This document shows positions 12,296-25,600 of a stretch of DNA of 64,000 bases, piece by piece. The stretch spans positions 868,001-932,000 of the forward strand of contig SMSO01000033.1 in NCBI GenBank assembly GCA_004764695.1. Direction: 5' to 3'. The translations under genes were made by a program, and so were the position numbers. Origin of the DNA: Schizochytrium sp. TIO01 (Eukaryota; Protista; Bigyra: Labyrinthulomycetes). The notes beneath the pieces are model-generated. The model was not told the DNA's origin and made no database searches. It saw nothing but the letters and a program-made list of their open reading frames with translations. How positions within the stretch are numbered: position 1 is the stretch's first letter; every line of letters starts with the position of its first letter.

Positions 12296-15293
12296 ATAAA
12301 GAGCGAGAGAGAGTCGCCGTGCCACGTCCGAGAAAGGTAGGTAGGTACCTGCCTCAAGGGTAGCAAAGCAGCAGCGATGCCTTTGCATTAAATGTGCTTT
12401 GAGGTTTGCAAAAGTTTAGGACTTCAAGAGCAACATCTCAGCAGCCGAAGTAGTGAGAGCACTGTCTGTTCCTAATTGACTGGTACGTACCAATGCGGAA
12501 AACACGGCTTTGTTTTCCTCGGAGTCAGAGCAAAAAGGCTGAAAGTGCCTCGCATTGTTTTCCTCCACAGCCGCTGACACCAATCCAGCGAGGAAATAAG
12601 GGAATAGGGCGGTGTACACCAGTTTTATACGGCAAAAACACGTGGTACGCTGAGAGAGAGAGCTGGTTAATGAAAAGGTATTTCCTGTTTCCTGAAATTG
12701 TTTTTAAATTTAAAATTAGTATTATTAATTTTTCGAAATAGCACTTTTCATCCAGTGAATCGTGAAAGTAGGTTTCATACCTTTAATTAATAGATAGACC
12801 TGGTAAGAATTTAAAGGGAAAAAAAAAAATGATTAAAAAAAAAAATACTAGACACTAGAGAGGGAGGGGGACTTTTACCTATTTCCTTTATAGTAGTAAA
12901 TAGATAAATATCTGCAATCACGGTATGTGATATATAAACGGGAAACGTTGTTAATTTTAAAAATAAAAATAAAATTAATTAAATGAAGGAGAGGCTCGAC
13001 CAGACAGCACGCGAACAAGGAGGAAAACATAGACGAAAGCACACCAGACACTAAAGGTACTATAGTATGTATCTAATCTTACGCACCTAAGGAAGATAAA
13101 GTTATCTATTCACGTAGTGTAGCGATGTTTGCACACGTGAGGAGCTTGGACAGGCAAACAACAAGAAGCGCATTCCTCGAAAATTATTAACAAATGGTGC
13201 TGCTACTTTCCAGCACGTCCAGATTCACTTTTGATAGCTAGCTTCGAGCAAAATGACAATTGACATTATTATGAGCACCTGTTCATCAATGCCTATAGGC
13301 ACGATTTATGATGGTTTTGCCCCTATGAGTTGAACCAACTTTAAACTTGTCTTGTCATCAGATCCTGCCTTACCAAATGCACACCGCACGCGGCATGTGG
13401 AGACTCGCTTTATGGAAATTAGCCCTTTTGGTTGTTGACTTGAAAACGGTGACTTGCTGCTATGAAGCCGGGCGGGCTCAAAGGTGATGCAAGATTTCCT
13501 GAGAATGTTGTTTACCATGTTGATCTGTAAGATGCGTATTTAGGGATTAAAACCAAACACATCGATTGCATCAAGACTTCTTTTATTTATTCAAAAACTC
13601 ACTGGGCAATCGAACTGTTGAAGAGGCTGTTCAAAGAGCCCAAGATCCTCCATGTTATCCTGCGAGTCTCTTGGTCGTTGAGATCTTCTTGTGCACCTAT
13701 GGCTGGTGGTCTGGGGATCGTGCAAAGGCCGGATATTTATATCAATGATTTGTAAGTCAGGCTAGTTTTGTAAGCAAGGCAATTTATGACGCGGTTGCGA
13801 GAAGTGAATCTGGCCTTCCATGAAGAACTTACTTGGGCATGCGACCACTCTGAAAAGCTTGTGCGTTACTAAAATTCTACTCTTCGAAAGATATGCAAAT
13901 TTCTATTCCTTAAACTGAATCAAATGGTACTTCATATTTTGCTTGCAAACATCTTAACTCGTTGAATGAATAGCTCTAGGTCATTTGTCGATCTCCGATC
14001 AGCCTGTTCGATGCCATACTGATTGCTTTCATAGTTTTTCTTATATCTATCAATGTGCGCACTCATTGAAAATATAGCAAAGTTTTTCCCTTTTATTCTC
14101 CAGAGCTCGTTAAATACTCCATCCATCATGAGTTTTGGAGATTTAGAAAGTAACCATTGTCATTCGAGCGAGCTTGAACTAGGTAGGTAGGTATCTTTTT
14201 ATTTATTATTGTTTACAATATGTATATCTATATGCAAAGAACTAAGCAAGCCGCTGTTAGAAGGAAAAAAAGATGCAGGTATTTATCATGGGAATGCTTT
14301 CTTCTAGCTAGATCTAGATTACCTTGTAAATGGTCCAGTATTCTATTATTGCTGCTAATTCGACTCGTAGGCTTGAAGTGTTTTTTCTTCTTTCTGACCT
14401 CCTTGTCCGTACCTATGCAGGTACTTACCTAGGCGCTACCACCTGTGCATTACCTTTTCTTTCTAATGATCAAGAGTACTTACTACCTAGCTAGCTCTGC
14501 CCTTGCCTGAGCACTGGCTGCAATTCCTTCTACCCTCTTCAAAGACAGAATGGATTTCGTCATGCCGGCACGAAAGAGTATTTTATTCTTATTTAAAACT
14601 TTAATTAAAATAGTATGATGATTATTTATAATTAGTTACTTTAAAATAAACATACTGGTCTTCGCAGTACCTACTTTCAAGTTCTATGTGGACGGATGGA
14701 TGGACGGTCAGAGGTTATGAGTTATGAAATCTTGTAGCTTGAGTAAAAACTCGAGCCAAAACATCCAATCAGTCATTCCGCAAATGAACACTTTTGTACT
14801 AAATATGATGGAATTTCAACGCGAGTGAAACTTAGTTATGAGTGATGTATTATAATCGAGTTCATTCATGCCTTACCCAAGTACGGCTCTTTTTTTAAGG
14901 ATACGCGCGTGCCCTGGAAAACCTCATTCATTTATTGTTTAGTCAGAAGCCATCCTTGGGGAAATCTTTCCTTGAACTTGAAAATTGCTGGAAATAAATT
15001 ACTTAAATATCATTTCTGTTGTTGCCATACGTAGATGCCTTTGCAGTGCTGCCCCATGTTTTCTAAACAGATCATAATGAACAAGACAAGAACAATTGCC
15101 GCTCTGCGCTTATTAGGTGTCATTGGTTTCCTTTTGCTCCTCAGCCTCTGCGTATCCGACTTCACTTTTAATCTAAAAAACCTTCGTTGCAAGAAGGAGA
15201 AGAAGAAGAAGAAGTCGCACTGCTAACTCACTCCACTACGATGGTTGCAGGTGTCTCGCTATGGATTCAGCAGCTCGAGCAGAACAACATCAT

Positions 15294-15294
15294 C

Positions 15295-15332
<38 letters not shown>
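15294..15332. repeat. (CAA)13 trinucleotide repeat (polyQ in short ORF 15261-15521)
   Basis: 13 perfect CAA units. Confidence 0.95.
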
Positions 15333-15911
15333 GAAAAAGAAGCAGACGATTTGTCCGTGAACGGCGGAGAGAGCAAGAAAGTCGCAGCACGCAGTCAGCG
15401 ATCTTCAACGGGTTTCCCCTCCGTAATCCCGGGTTGCGAGTTGGAGAAGGCAAGCGCGCAACGAGCGGTTCCGGGCGGCGACGTAACTGCGGGGACCCCC
15501 GGTGATGGTCTGGCCGTCTGACCGCCTCTGACTGTCCCTGACTGTCTGACTACTGTCGAGGATTGATTGCTTTGACGACCTGAACGACGGCGAAGAAATG
15601 TCTCCGCTGGAGAGGATGCATTCGCGTTGTTGGTCGGTGTCGTGGGTTGACTGGAGTGGTTGCTTGGCGGATGGACCCAAGTGCTCGCACGGAGGGAGCG
15701 GGCGAGCGAGCGAGAGAGAGAGCGGAGGGAGACGCAGCGCTGAGCCCGGTGCCATCTCGGCCAAGCCGGGCGCAGTCGGGTGGGCGGAAGATGATGATGA
15801 ATCATGGCATCGACAGCGAGAATCGCTTGACCTCGCGAGAGGAGCAGCCGAGGCTTGAAGGGTAGACGCCTCGCGCGGCACGCCTCGGGAGCGACGAGTC
15901 GAGTCTGCGGT

Positions 15912-15974
15912 GCGAGCAGTGCTGCGATCTGCGAGCAAAGCCGCGATCCGCGAGCAGTGCTGCGATCTGCGAGC
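15912..15974. repeat. 19-bp GC-rich tandem repeat (GCGAGCAGTGCTGCGATCT) x3.3
   Basis: Units at 15912, 15931 (diverged), 15950 and a partial unit at 15969. Confidence 0.85.
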
Positions 15975-17340
15975 GGAGCAGGAGCGGGGCACGAGCAGGT
16001 GAGGGGAAGTCGGTTGAGCTCTCGAGACCCTCCCTGCGCTCGAAAGCACTGCCGCGCGAAACGAACGACGCTCGGGCCGACCAGGATCGAGCTCTGCGAA
16101 GCAAGCATCACGGCACGGACGGAGGCGAGGCATCCTGTGGATGGCGGTGACCAAGGCCGCTGGAGGCAAACTCGAATCCTTGAATGTCTTGGCCGGGGCT
16201 GCAACACAGGTGGCCGTCGTCGGGGCGATCGATGGTCGCAGGCGCAGGCGCAGGCAGAGGTCGTGGGTTCGGCGCGGAGGGGGGCCCAGTCGCCATGGCT
16301 TGACCGGGTCGCTGCCAGGAAAGCTGCGCTCCGCCAGCCCGCTCTTGAGGAGCTCATGGATGAAGGTCGCGAAGATGGCGATGGCTTGGGAGCGATCTCT
16401 GGTCCACCTGAACTGCGAAGGCCGTGCGCGGGGCACTGATGATAGCGAGCTAGATGGAGAGACACGAGGCGAGAAGAGCGAGAGGAGACCACTTCGCCGG
16501 TGGAGGCTCCCGTCTCTGGGGAAACCCTAGCTTAGACAGGGGGGAGATCGAAAGGGCTTGCGAGGGAGATCGCACAGAATTATGTCCTATCTGTGCTATT
16601 TGAAAGCCTGAAGCAGTTCCTCCTGGGCTCGCAAAAGCCTCGGGTTTCAGCATCCACAGTGCGAGCCGAGCTGAAGAAAGAATATGCATGTGCAGGCGCA
16701 CCAGGGTTCTGGCAGCGGGCCCGCAACGTTGATTTAGGATGCCTATTCATTCATCCCAGTTGCACAAACCATTTTGAGGGAGCCAATTAGGACCTACCGT
16801 GACGTACAGGGCTTAGGAAATTGGAGGCATAGAAAGAGCTGTTAGGTGGATATGTGTGTAGCCTCCCTCGCCAAGGAAGCACGGCTGATGTCGTTATTAG
16901 TGCCCGGGAACCTGCTCTTACAAATCGGGGTTTCCGGAGCAATCTTGTTGGGGAAGAACTACTTTGTCATCTCCATGTCTAAGGAGCAAATGAGTGGATA
17001 GACGTTGAATAAAAAAGAGCCGGCGGACTTTCTTTAAGCAAACAGTACTTTCTAGCTAAATCGCAAACGGCACGTATGTTTCGTTATACCATTGAAAGAG
17101 AAACTAAACAAGCAAGGGTTGCTAACATGCATTCGCGTGTAGCACCCCGTTTGCCAGAACTAAAGTTGGAAAAAGTAGTTGCCCACTGGTACTTTAAAAA
17201 AACAAAAAACAAAACAAATAATTATATCGGAACAATGGAAAAAGAACAGAGTAGGAAATTATAAATTTCTAAAGAACATAAATACAACACGTGCCCTTCA
17301 GGACTTATGAAGAAAGCCCTGGTCAATACGATTTCAAATA

Positions 17341-17402
17341 AGCCAAAGCAAAGCATGTAATGGACGAATGTAGCCAAAGCAAAGCATGCAATGGACGAAT
17401 GT
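17341..17402. repeat. 31-bp tandem duplication AGCCAAAGCAAAGCATG(T/C)AATGGACGAATGT x2
   Basis: Two adjacent copies differing at one base. Confidence 0.95.
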
Positions 17403-17458
17403 GCGTGATAGATTTCATTGGCTCAGCAACACCATGCAAAGCATCAAATAAAATATTA

Positions 17459-17577
17459 TATAAAATATCATATAAAACACTATATAAAATATCATATAAA
17501 ACACTATATAAAATATCATATAAAACACTATATAAAAAATATCATATAAAACGCTATATAAAATATCATATAACACA
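17459..17577. repeat. 24-bp AT-rich minisatellite TATAAAATATCATATAAAACACTA x~5
   Basis: Units at 17459, 17483, 17507, 17531 (+2 nt) and 17557 (partial). Each unit is two related 12-mers. Confidence 0.95.
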
Positions 17578-18592
17578 TTTAAAAATTATAGAGAAAATTC
17601 CTATTAACGAACCAAGATAGATAGCAAAGGATCTAATATACGAAGCATAATCGAAATTTGCAGCTGTGAAACATCGCTTGCCTAACAGTTTCTCAGAAAG
17701 CACTCCTGGCGTGATTTCCGAATTCCTTGGTCAATGTTACTAACAAACTAACCATTTAAATGTCATGATCGAGTTTTGCTTAAAAGAGTTCTGAAAAACA
17801 TGCTAATCAAGAGTATTTTTTGAATTTGTTGAGGTATGTCTTTAGGAAATTTCAAGATTAAGATATGGCAGGAATTGCTGCCAAGATTTCGTGGTTCATA
17901 ATAAGCATGTACATTTTATAACTGGAAAAGGCTAAAGAGATCTAAAATATGTTTGAAGGTTATCTCTCCCGTGAATTACCAGTATTCGACCTTTTCAAGA
18001 AAGACATGCGTTACCTTTAACCCATTCGAAACGACACTTCATTTGACAACTGAGGATCAAAGCACTTTCACTTTCATCTAGCTCGCTCGTGTTATTCTTT
18101 CTTGACTCTTTTTTTAATTATTTTGAAAACAAATGACCTTTTATCCGAAGATAGTAGAGCTAGCAAAACCACATCTGTCTGCATAGAAAATGAGCGAGCG
18201 TTGGTCATACAATCCGTTTGTCAAGTCATGTTTTTCAACACGCCCAAGTGATTCGTCCGATGCTCCCAGCGCCAAGCTCCGTCTGTTTATCAACTCCCTC
18301 GGGAGAAAGCTGTGAAAGTAGAAGCATTTTTATCTAAGCTCGAGTAGCAGTCACTATTTTTCGAAAATGGGTTGTTCATAAATGGTCCAATGAGGAGACG
18401 ACTTCAAGGGGAAAATAACAACTAGCAGACCACCACATCAAAACGCGCTCGTAAACAGCGTCTGCAGAAACACGGACTGGTTGACTTTCCTTGCGTCTCA
18501 AACCTCCTAAGCTCGCTCGCATCCCTGGCCTAGAGTAGTTAGAGATTATATTGTCGTTCCCTCGGACTTTGCAAGGTTTCGTAGAGGCATCC

Positions 18593-18895
18593 ATGGAGGG
18601 CGGCGGAGGGCGTCTCGCGCGGAGCCTGCGCGTGCGCGATCTCCCTGAGACAGCTTCAGATGGTTTACTGCGCGCTCTTTTCGTGCCTTTTGGTGAAATC
18701 AGCGAGGTGAAGTTGGGTTTGCACGGTCGGCAATGCACAGGAGACGCCATTGTCACCATGTCCGAGGCTGAGGACGCAGACTCCGCAAGGGATAATCTGC
18801 ACAACTCGGAAGTCTTCGGAAAGGTAATTCGCGTCAGTGAGGCCTCCGAACAAGACTTCTCTGAGCTCGGCATAGCGCAAGCATCTGCGCAGTAG
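18593..18895 (+). CDS. Stand-alone RRM protein, cyclophilin E (PPIE/Cyp33)-type RRM, 100 aa
   Basis: ATG at 18593 (CCATGG) is preferred over the TTG start in the ORF track. LRALFVPFGEISEV and AEDADSARDNLHNSEVFGKVIRVSEA align by eye with the Cyp33 RRM ([40 protein letters not shown], recalled). GC-rich coding island. Confidence 0.85.
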   Translation: MEGGGGRLARSLRVRDLPETASDGLLRALFVPFGEISEVKLGLHGRQCTGDAIVTMSEAEDADSARDNLHNSEVFGKVIRVSEASEQDFSELGIAQASAQ

Positions 18896-19617
18896 TTCTA
18901 ATTTGGTGGGAATATCGAAGGTATAGAAAGCCTGGCTAGAAGGGCTTTTCGGGAGGAGGTTATATGCGCGAGTGTTTTGGGCGCATGGATGAGAGCAAGG
19001 GTAGCCTAGACTACCACGCATACTTTTGTGTCGCCTCTTGTAATGTTGTATGAGCTTGAAGTTGAAGGGATCATGTGGTGTGCATACAAAGGAAGGAAGC
19101 TATTGAGATACATGCGTTTTTTAATATACAATTAAAATGAAGCAAAATTTTGAAGAACGAATATTCGCCTCCCGCGCTTTTGTAAATATCAGAAAGTAGT
19201 CTTGTTGTTACCAACTTGGCCCATATATACGTGGAAAGAGCAGGTACAACTGTGTACCATGTTGTTCCAGAGAATCCACAATGCTGACGGTCTTATTCCG
19301 CTCACTATTATATGCCTTCATTTGACCATGTAGCAGTTCTTCTGGAGTCGCCGTCCTCTACTTATATGACTTGTACAATAGTATCAAACTGATAAAATAA
19401 ATGAATAAATAAATGAATATATATATACATTTAGTAGTGCAAATAAAGGAAGATGTAAGATTAAGATATGTTTATACTATTCTCATATTGATTTTACGTA
19501 ACCAGGGCTCTGCCGCTGCCGTGTAGAAGATGTCTAATTCAAGGTGGAAAGAACCTGAGTAATTAATTTCAAAATTTGTTAATGAGTTATATTCGCTGAT
19601 AAGCTGATGACTCTTCT

Positions 19618-22600
19618 CTAGTTTGTAACAATGCTCAAGCTTGTACCTGAAACGTCCTTAGACTCAAAGTTGCCAGGACCAACAGCATTCTCGGCATTGA
19701 CGCGTACGTAGTATCGGCGAGAAGATGAAAGACCCGTGATAGTGTACGAAAATGCATCCGTATCGTCTGCCTCAAGGAGATATTGGTCCTTATGAGGAGA
19801 GTTACTCGTGGAAACAAAGTCTGCTTGCACATCCCACTCGATGATGTAGCGAATAACAGGAGAGCCACCATCAGCTTCACCGAAACTGTCATGGTCGCGA
19901 CCCATTCCTGTGGGACATAACTCATCATCGATAGTAGACGAAGGACCGCCGCCAAAGCAAGTCACACCATGATCTGGCACTCGTGGCGCGTTGAAGGTAA
20001 CGGTGATTGTACCAGCCGTAGTGCCTGCAGTTGTATCAACATTGTAAGGCTTACCCGGAAGCTGCGGTGTTGCCGCTCGCTTAGTCGGGGTTGTGACAAG
20101 AGTTGGTCCGTAACCAACAGTGTTTCGTGCCTGAACCTTGACGTAGTAGTTGGTGCTGTTTGTCAAATCACTAATTGTGTAAGACCGGTGGATATCAGCA
20201 GAAACGTCAGCATACCCCTTGTGTGGTAGCTCATACAATGAGGAAAACGATGGATCACGGTCCCACAAAATTTTGTAATACGTGATGTCATCGCCTCCAG
20301 TATTCGATGGAGTATTGAATGTAACTGTTAGTTTAGAGTCACTTGTGACCAGTAACCTCACGTTTGTCGGCGCAGATGGTACCTGCATAGGCTTCTCAGC
20401 CACTGGCGATGAGCTCTCGAAAGCACCATAGCCTTGAGAGTTGTACGCTGCAACACGAACATAGTACAGAGTACCCATTGTTAGCTGCGTCAAAGATACA
20501 GAAAACGGAGCTCCTCCCTCAAGATACAAGTGTTCCTTCTCCTTGAGGTTCGCAGAGTTAAACGTGGACACAGTATCATACTGAATGAGGTACTTTGTAA
20601 TAGTGTCTCCACCATCATCATCAGGTGAAAATACCACTCGAAGCGATGTACCACTCAAGACAGTTAACTTCACGTCAGTGGGTGGTGAAGGTACTTTTAC
20701 AGGTTTTTGAGATGTAGACGCTGTAGACGCCAAGCTGTATCCTACCGAGTTATACGCAAAAACACGAGCGAAATATGTTCGGCCTTGCGTCAATCCTTCA
20801 ATAGTGTGAGTGCCGGTGCATTCAGAATAAGTTGCTCCTGAGGTCATTGTGTTGATCAAAACTTGACCCGTGTCAGCTGTGTCGGTTTTCAAAACGTTGT
20901 CTGTCACAGCAAATGTGAGCCCATTGACTGTATCCAAGAAGGTCACCGTCCAAATATAGCCAGCGTTAGAAGCCTTAGTAGTCCTTGTAACGGAGACGCC
21001 AGAGGATAAACCGAGAGTGCGGGTCATCAGTTCGAGATGTGACTGCATTGATCCTTGATCATAAATTCCGTTATTTGCAGCATTTGTAGTACACAAGGAA
21101 GTAAGAACGTTTGAGTTACAATAGGTCTCGCCCTGAACCTCATCCGCCGCCATTGCTTCAGCTTCATAGCTGACGTAGTGCTCCATATTCGCTGTAACCC
21201 CAGAATAGGTCAATGAAAGCGTGAAGCCACCTCCTGTGACCTCAGATGCCGTACCAGCCGACGGTACCTTCGTCTCAATGGTAATAACTTCGAGTACAGG
21301 AAAGTTGGGGCATCGAAGCTGCAGAGTCCCTGCAAACCCAGCGCTTGCAGGAGAGTTAAATCCTGCCTCCGTGTCATACTGAATAGCATACTTGACAATC
21401 TCATCACCACCATCGCTTGAAGGAGGATCATATGAAATCTCAAGGGCTGAGGAATCCCCATCCTTCACACTAAGAACCACACCTTCTGGTTCACCCGGAA
21501 CCTGAAATGGCGGTGTTCCAGCAACAACCGACGATGAGCTACCGTAACCTTCCTCGTTACCAGCAAGTACACGAACTTGATATGTCACACCAGTCTCAAG
21601 GCCAGTGATATTATACTCGAGACTTGCATCGTCGGGAGACACAATAGTAAAGCTAAACCGCGCTGGAGTTTCACCAATCGCACAGCTAGCGCACTCAATT
21701 TGTGATGATTGTGCAGTAGGCGGGGATGCGTCAATGTTATTCACCGAGTTATCACCATCAAGAACACTGATGGAGGATGTGGACCCATCAGCACTGTTAG
21801 TTAAGTATGTTGTGTCGGTCTGTAACTCAGGCATATCATACGAGCTTTGTGAACCCAGTGTCTCGAAAGTGATCAACCAGGTGTATCCATTATTAGCGTC
21901 AGCACTCGAGCGCGAGCATGTAATTATACCAACGGTCACTAAACTCTCCAGGGCATCTTGCATGTCTTCAGCAGACGCATCGTATGCAATAAGGGGCGAC
22001 CATGCAGATCCATCAAGAGATAGACTGAAATATCCTTGAATAGAGCCACCGTCTGCTGAAGTTGTTATGCTCTGAATCTCATTGTTTCCGCCTGCACGTA
22101 CACCTGCTGTAAGCTCTTCCACTTTATAGCTTACTGAACCGGATGACACACTCAAAGAACTGCCACTTGGAATTAGCGGTGGTTGATTTCCAGCATTCAA
22201 AGACTGATCAAGAAAGGTAATATCCCATCGATATCCCTTATCACCCACAGCACTTCGTGAAACCTCCAAGTTGCCAATGGCAGACCAGCTGTCGATACTC
22301 ATAAGCGCATAACGTAGGTCCTCTGCAGGAATATTGTAAGGAAGCAATCCTGTTTGGACACCATTGAACAACAAGCTGAATTGACCAGATACAGAACCTG
22401 CCACTGACCCAACAATGGTTAGACGTTGCACCTCATAAATAGGTTCCAAGGTGTACCATTCCACACGATAGCTGGTTATGGGGCTACCTCCTTCATCAGT
22501 AGGAGCAGTCCAGCTTACAGAAAGACTTGTGATTGGTGTATCCTGTTCATCAACAGTAGATACAATCAAGTCCGTAGGCGCAGCAGGCGACTCCATTGGG

Positions 22601-25600
22601 GCTATAGGGGTCGTGGTAGTGTAGTAATCGCCATAGCCTGTATCACCAACACCATTATAAGCCGCAACGCGGACATAGTATGTTGTGCCAGGCTCCAAAG
22701 GGTCGCATGCCAAGCCAGTGTAGGAATGAATTACCGTGGTTGCTCCAATATCATATACCCATCTCTTTGGTACATCTGTGAGAACACGAAGATTGTCATT
22801 GCCATCAATAAGCTGCTCTGTGGAACACAATGGAAGCGTTCCTTCCAGAGAAGTAAATGTGCTACTCGTGTCCCACTCAATGCGGAGCTTGATAAGCTCA
22901 ACACCTCCATCACGGTCCGGCGAAGTCGTAATAACACGAATAACCGTTCCAGAAACCATCGATACATCAACATCAAACGGAGCTAAGGGGGGTTGGTCAG
23001 CAGTTGTGATGGACTCAGGAGTTGAAGTTTGCCAGTTTGTGTTGTACCCGTAGTTCGGTGCACTCAAAGTAGGATCAACAATTTGCTGAGGCACACTGTT
23101 AATCGCAGCAACACGAACAAAATACTCTGTGGAAACACTTAAGTCTGTAACAAAAGCATGGTACGGTGGAGATCCTTGAATTGCACTCTCACCAACCTCC
23201 ACAGTTTGTGCGGTGCTAAAGTCTGACGAGGTATCATACTCGACGAGGTATCCAACAATAGTGTCACCACCATCGCTGACACCGGGTTCAAACTCTACAA
23301 GCAGAGCAGTGCTAGAGACTGCACTCAAGTATACATTTTGTGGCGCCGACGGAAGTTCCATTGGCACAACAGAGAGGACAGAGCTGTATGCAGACAGTCC
23401 CATTGAATTACGAGACTGAACACGAACATAGTACGTTGTACCAGCTTGGAGACCGGTGGCGAAATAGCATTTGTCACAACCAACATTATCACTCTCATCA
23501 TCTGCAAAGGTAAACTCTGCCCCGCCACGTACAGTCACAGAAGCAGAAGAAGGGGCTAGCGCATGGCGAGCTGCCCTGATAGGACCTGGATCCACTTGTC
23601 CTGATGCAAGATCTATCGTAATCATGTAGACAAAACCAGGCACAACACGATATGCCTGTAGACCTTCTGCATTGGATCCTTCATACCGATCAGGTACAGT
23701 GTAGTCAGAAACTGATGCCAGAGGTACTGACGTGGAATCCAGCGTTCCAGTCCGAGCCACTGAGAAAGTCTCTTCCATGATCTTAATGGTATCACCCCGT
23801 TCGAGACCAAGATCTTCAGTAGAAGAAATTTCACTTTCGGCGTTCACAACAGTTACAGTGCCAGGCAATAACTCTAAAGCAACCTCACGCTCTACATGGA
23901 CTGTATCGAGCCCAGACAAGTTTTCGAGCGCGGCCCGAACCTCATCAGCACTGGCATCAAAATTTAATGAAATGGTTTGTTCATTGCCATAGATTAATGA
24001 AAATGTACCGCTCAATTCTTCACCTTGCTGAGTTGTGGCAATCTCAACTGTGTAATCAGCGCCAGCGTCAACACTGGCAATGAGCTCTGGAACATTTCCT
24101 TGAACGGAACCACCAGAGAAAGTTATCTGATATGTCAGTCCATGGCCAATTGAACCAGAGTGCTGAATCGTGTTCACGGTAACGCCTCCCGCGCGGATGT
24201 TAGTAAGACTATCCAAGATAGATTCCATAGAAGGTGACGCCCCCATATCAATGCCTGTGTAGGATTCGTTAATATTCGGAAAAAAACACAAGGCACAATC
24301 AGAGCTTGTGTCAAATTGGAGATCGAATGTTCCGGACAAAGGGTCTTGTTCAATTGCAACAAACGGACCCGAGCCACAGCCGCTTCCACTGCATGTAAAA
24401 TCCGTAGTACAGTCTTCAGTTCCAACCGATACAAGCTCAAGCTGGTAAATATCCGATGTTTCCTGGAAAGTGACGGTATAGGTGTTACCAGTCGTTGTAT
24501 TCGAAGAAGATACTGAAACGGCAGGGTTAGTGAAACTTGAGTCGAAAGCAAGAACTGCATCTGTAATTGCAGTTGCCATCGTGCTTGCATCTGCGTCGAA
24601 GTCTAGACAAACAGTTTTCCGGTCGTTGTAAGAAAGAACATACTGTCCTCCAGTAATGACATCATTTGCTGCCACAATGATGGTCTGGACTACAGACGGT
24701 TTGTAAATGCGAACTTCCTGAATCTCATCGAGTGGAGATGCGCTAACGCGGACTTCTTGACGACGATATAAAAGCTCTGGGCTTTCAAGCATATACCATT
24801 GACCGTCACCTGAATCAAAAGATGACGAAGTATCGATCTCGACTCGGTAGCCGGTGATGTAGTCACCGCCATCATTACGCGGGGCGTCAAACGTGATTGA
24901 TGCAGATGAACCTGTTGCTTCAGAACCCTTTTGTACCTCTTGAATGAGTACAATTTTGCCTGAACCTGACAATAATGTTGCAGACCCAGTCATCAAAGCT
25001 AGATCCCCACCGTTACTTGGACTTGTAAATGTTACTAACCAAGAGCGGCCACGCTCACTGTCTGATGTTGTTTCTGTGACACTAACCGACTTGACTGTAC
25101 TCAGAGCTTCCAAAGCAGATTGGAGAGTAGAAGTATCGGCATTATAAGCAATTGCAGACGTCGTAGCATGCAGGTAACTCAGAGTAAAGCTGCCAGATAA
25201 CCAATTGCCATTCTGAACTTCACTAATCGTCACCGCGGAGCCCGATCCAGTAAGAGAGCTTGTTGCCGTCATTGCTCCAAGATTTCCAATATCCGAGGTG
25301 AAAGTTACAGACCATACATAGCTGTTAGTATCCTCATCCAACACCTCTCGGGTGACATCTACAGTATGAGTGTTGCCTCCGTCCAGGGCCTCAATAGCAG
25401 TTTTGACATCAGTTACAGACGCGCTGAACTGAAGGTTACTGGTGGTTTCGGAGTTGAAAGTCAATGTAAAGAATCCTCCAATCTCATTGCCATTTGAGAT
25501 GGTCTGAACAGTGCACGCATCTCCGTCGAAGTTAGAGGGCGTGCATGACATCATATCTAAATTACCAGCGTTTCCTTCAAAAGCTACGGTCCACAAGTAT

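Noticed and set aside
13378-13463. HRTRHVETRF...LENGDLLL resembling the Ty1/copia RNase H C-terminal motif
   Set aside because: The spacing is off, in-frame stops flank it, and there is no upstream DN motif, RT, integrase or LTR evidence. Likely chance.
17341-17577. Short direct repeats considered as a CRISPR-like array
   Set aside because: The repeats are contiguous with no unique spacers, there are no cas genes, and the context is eukaryotic.
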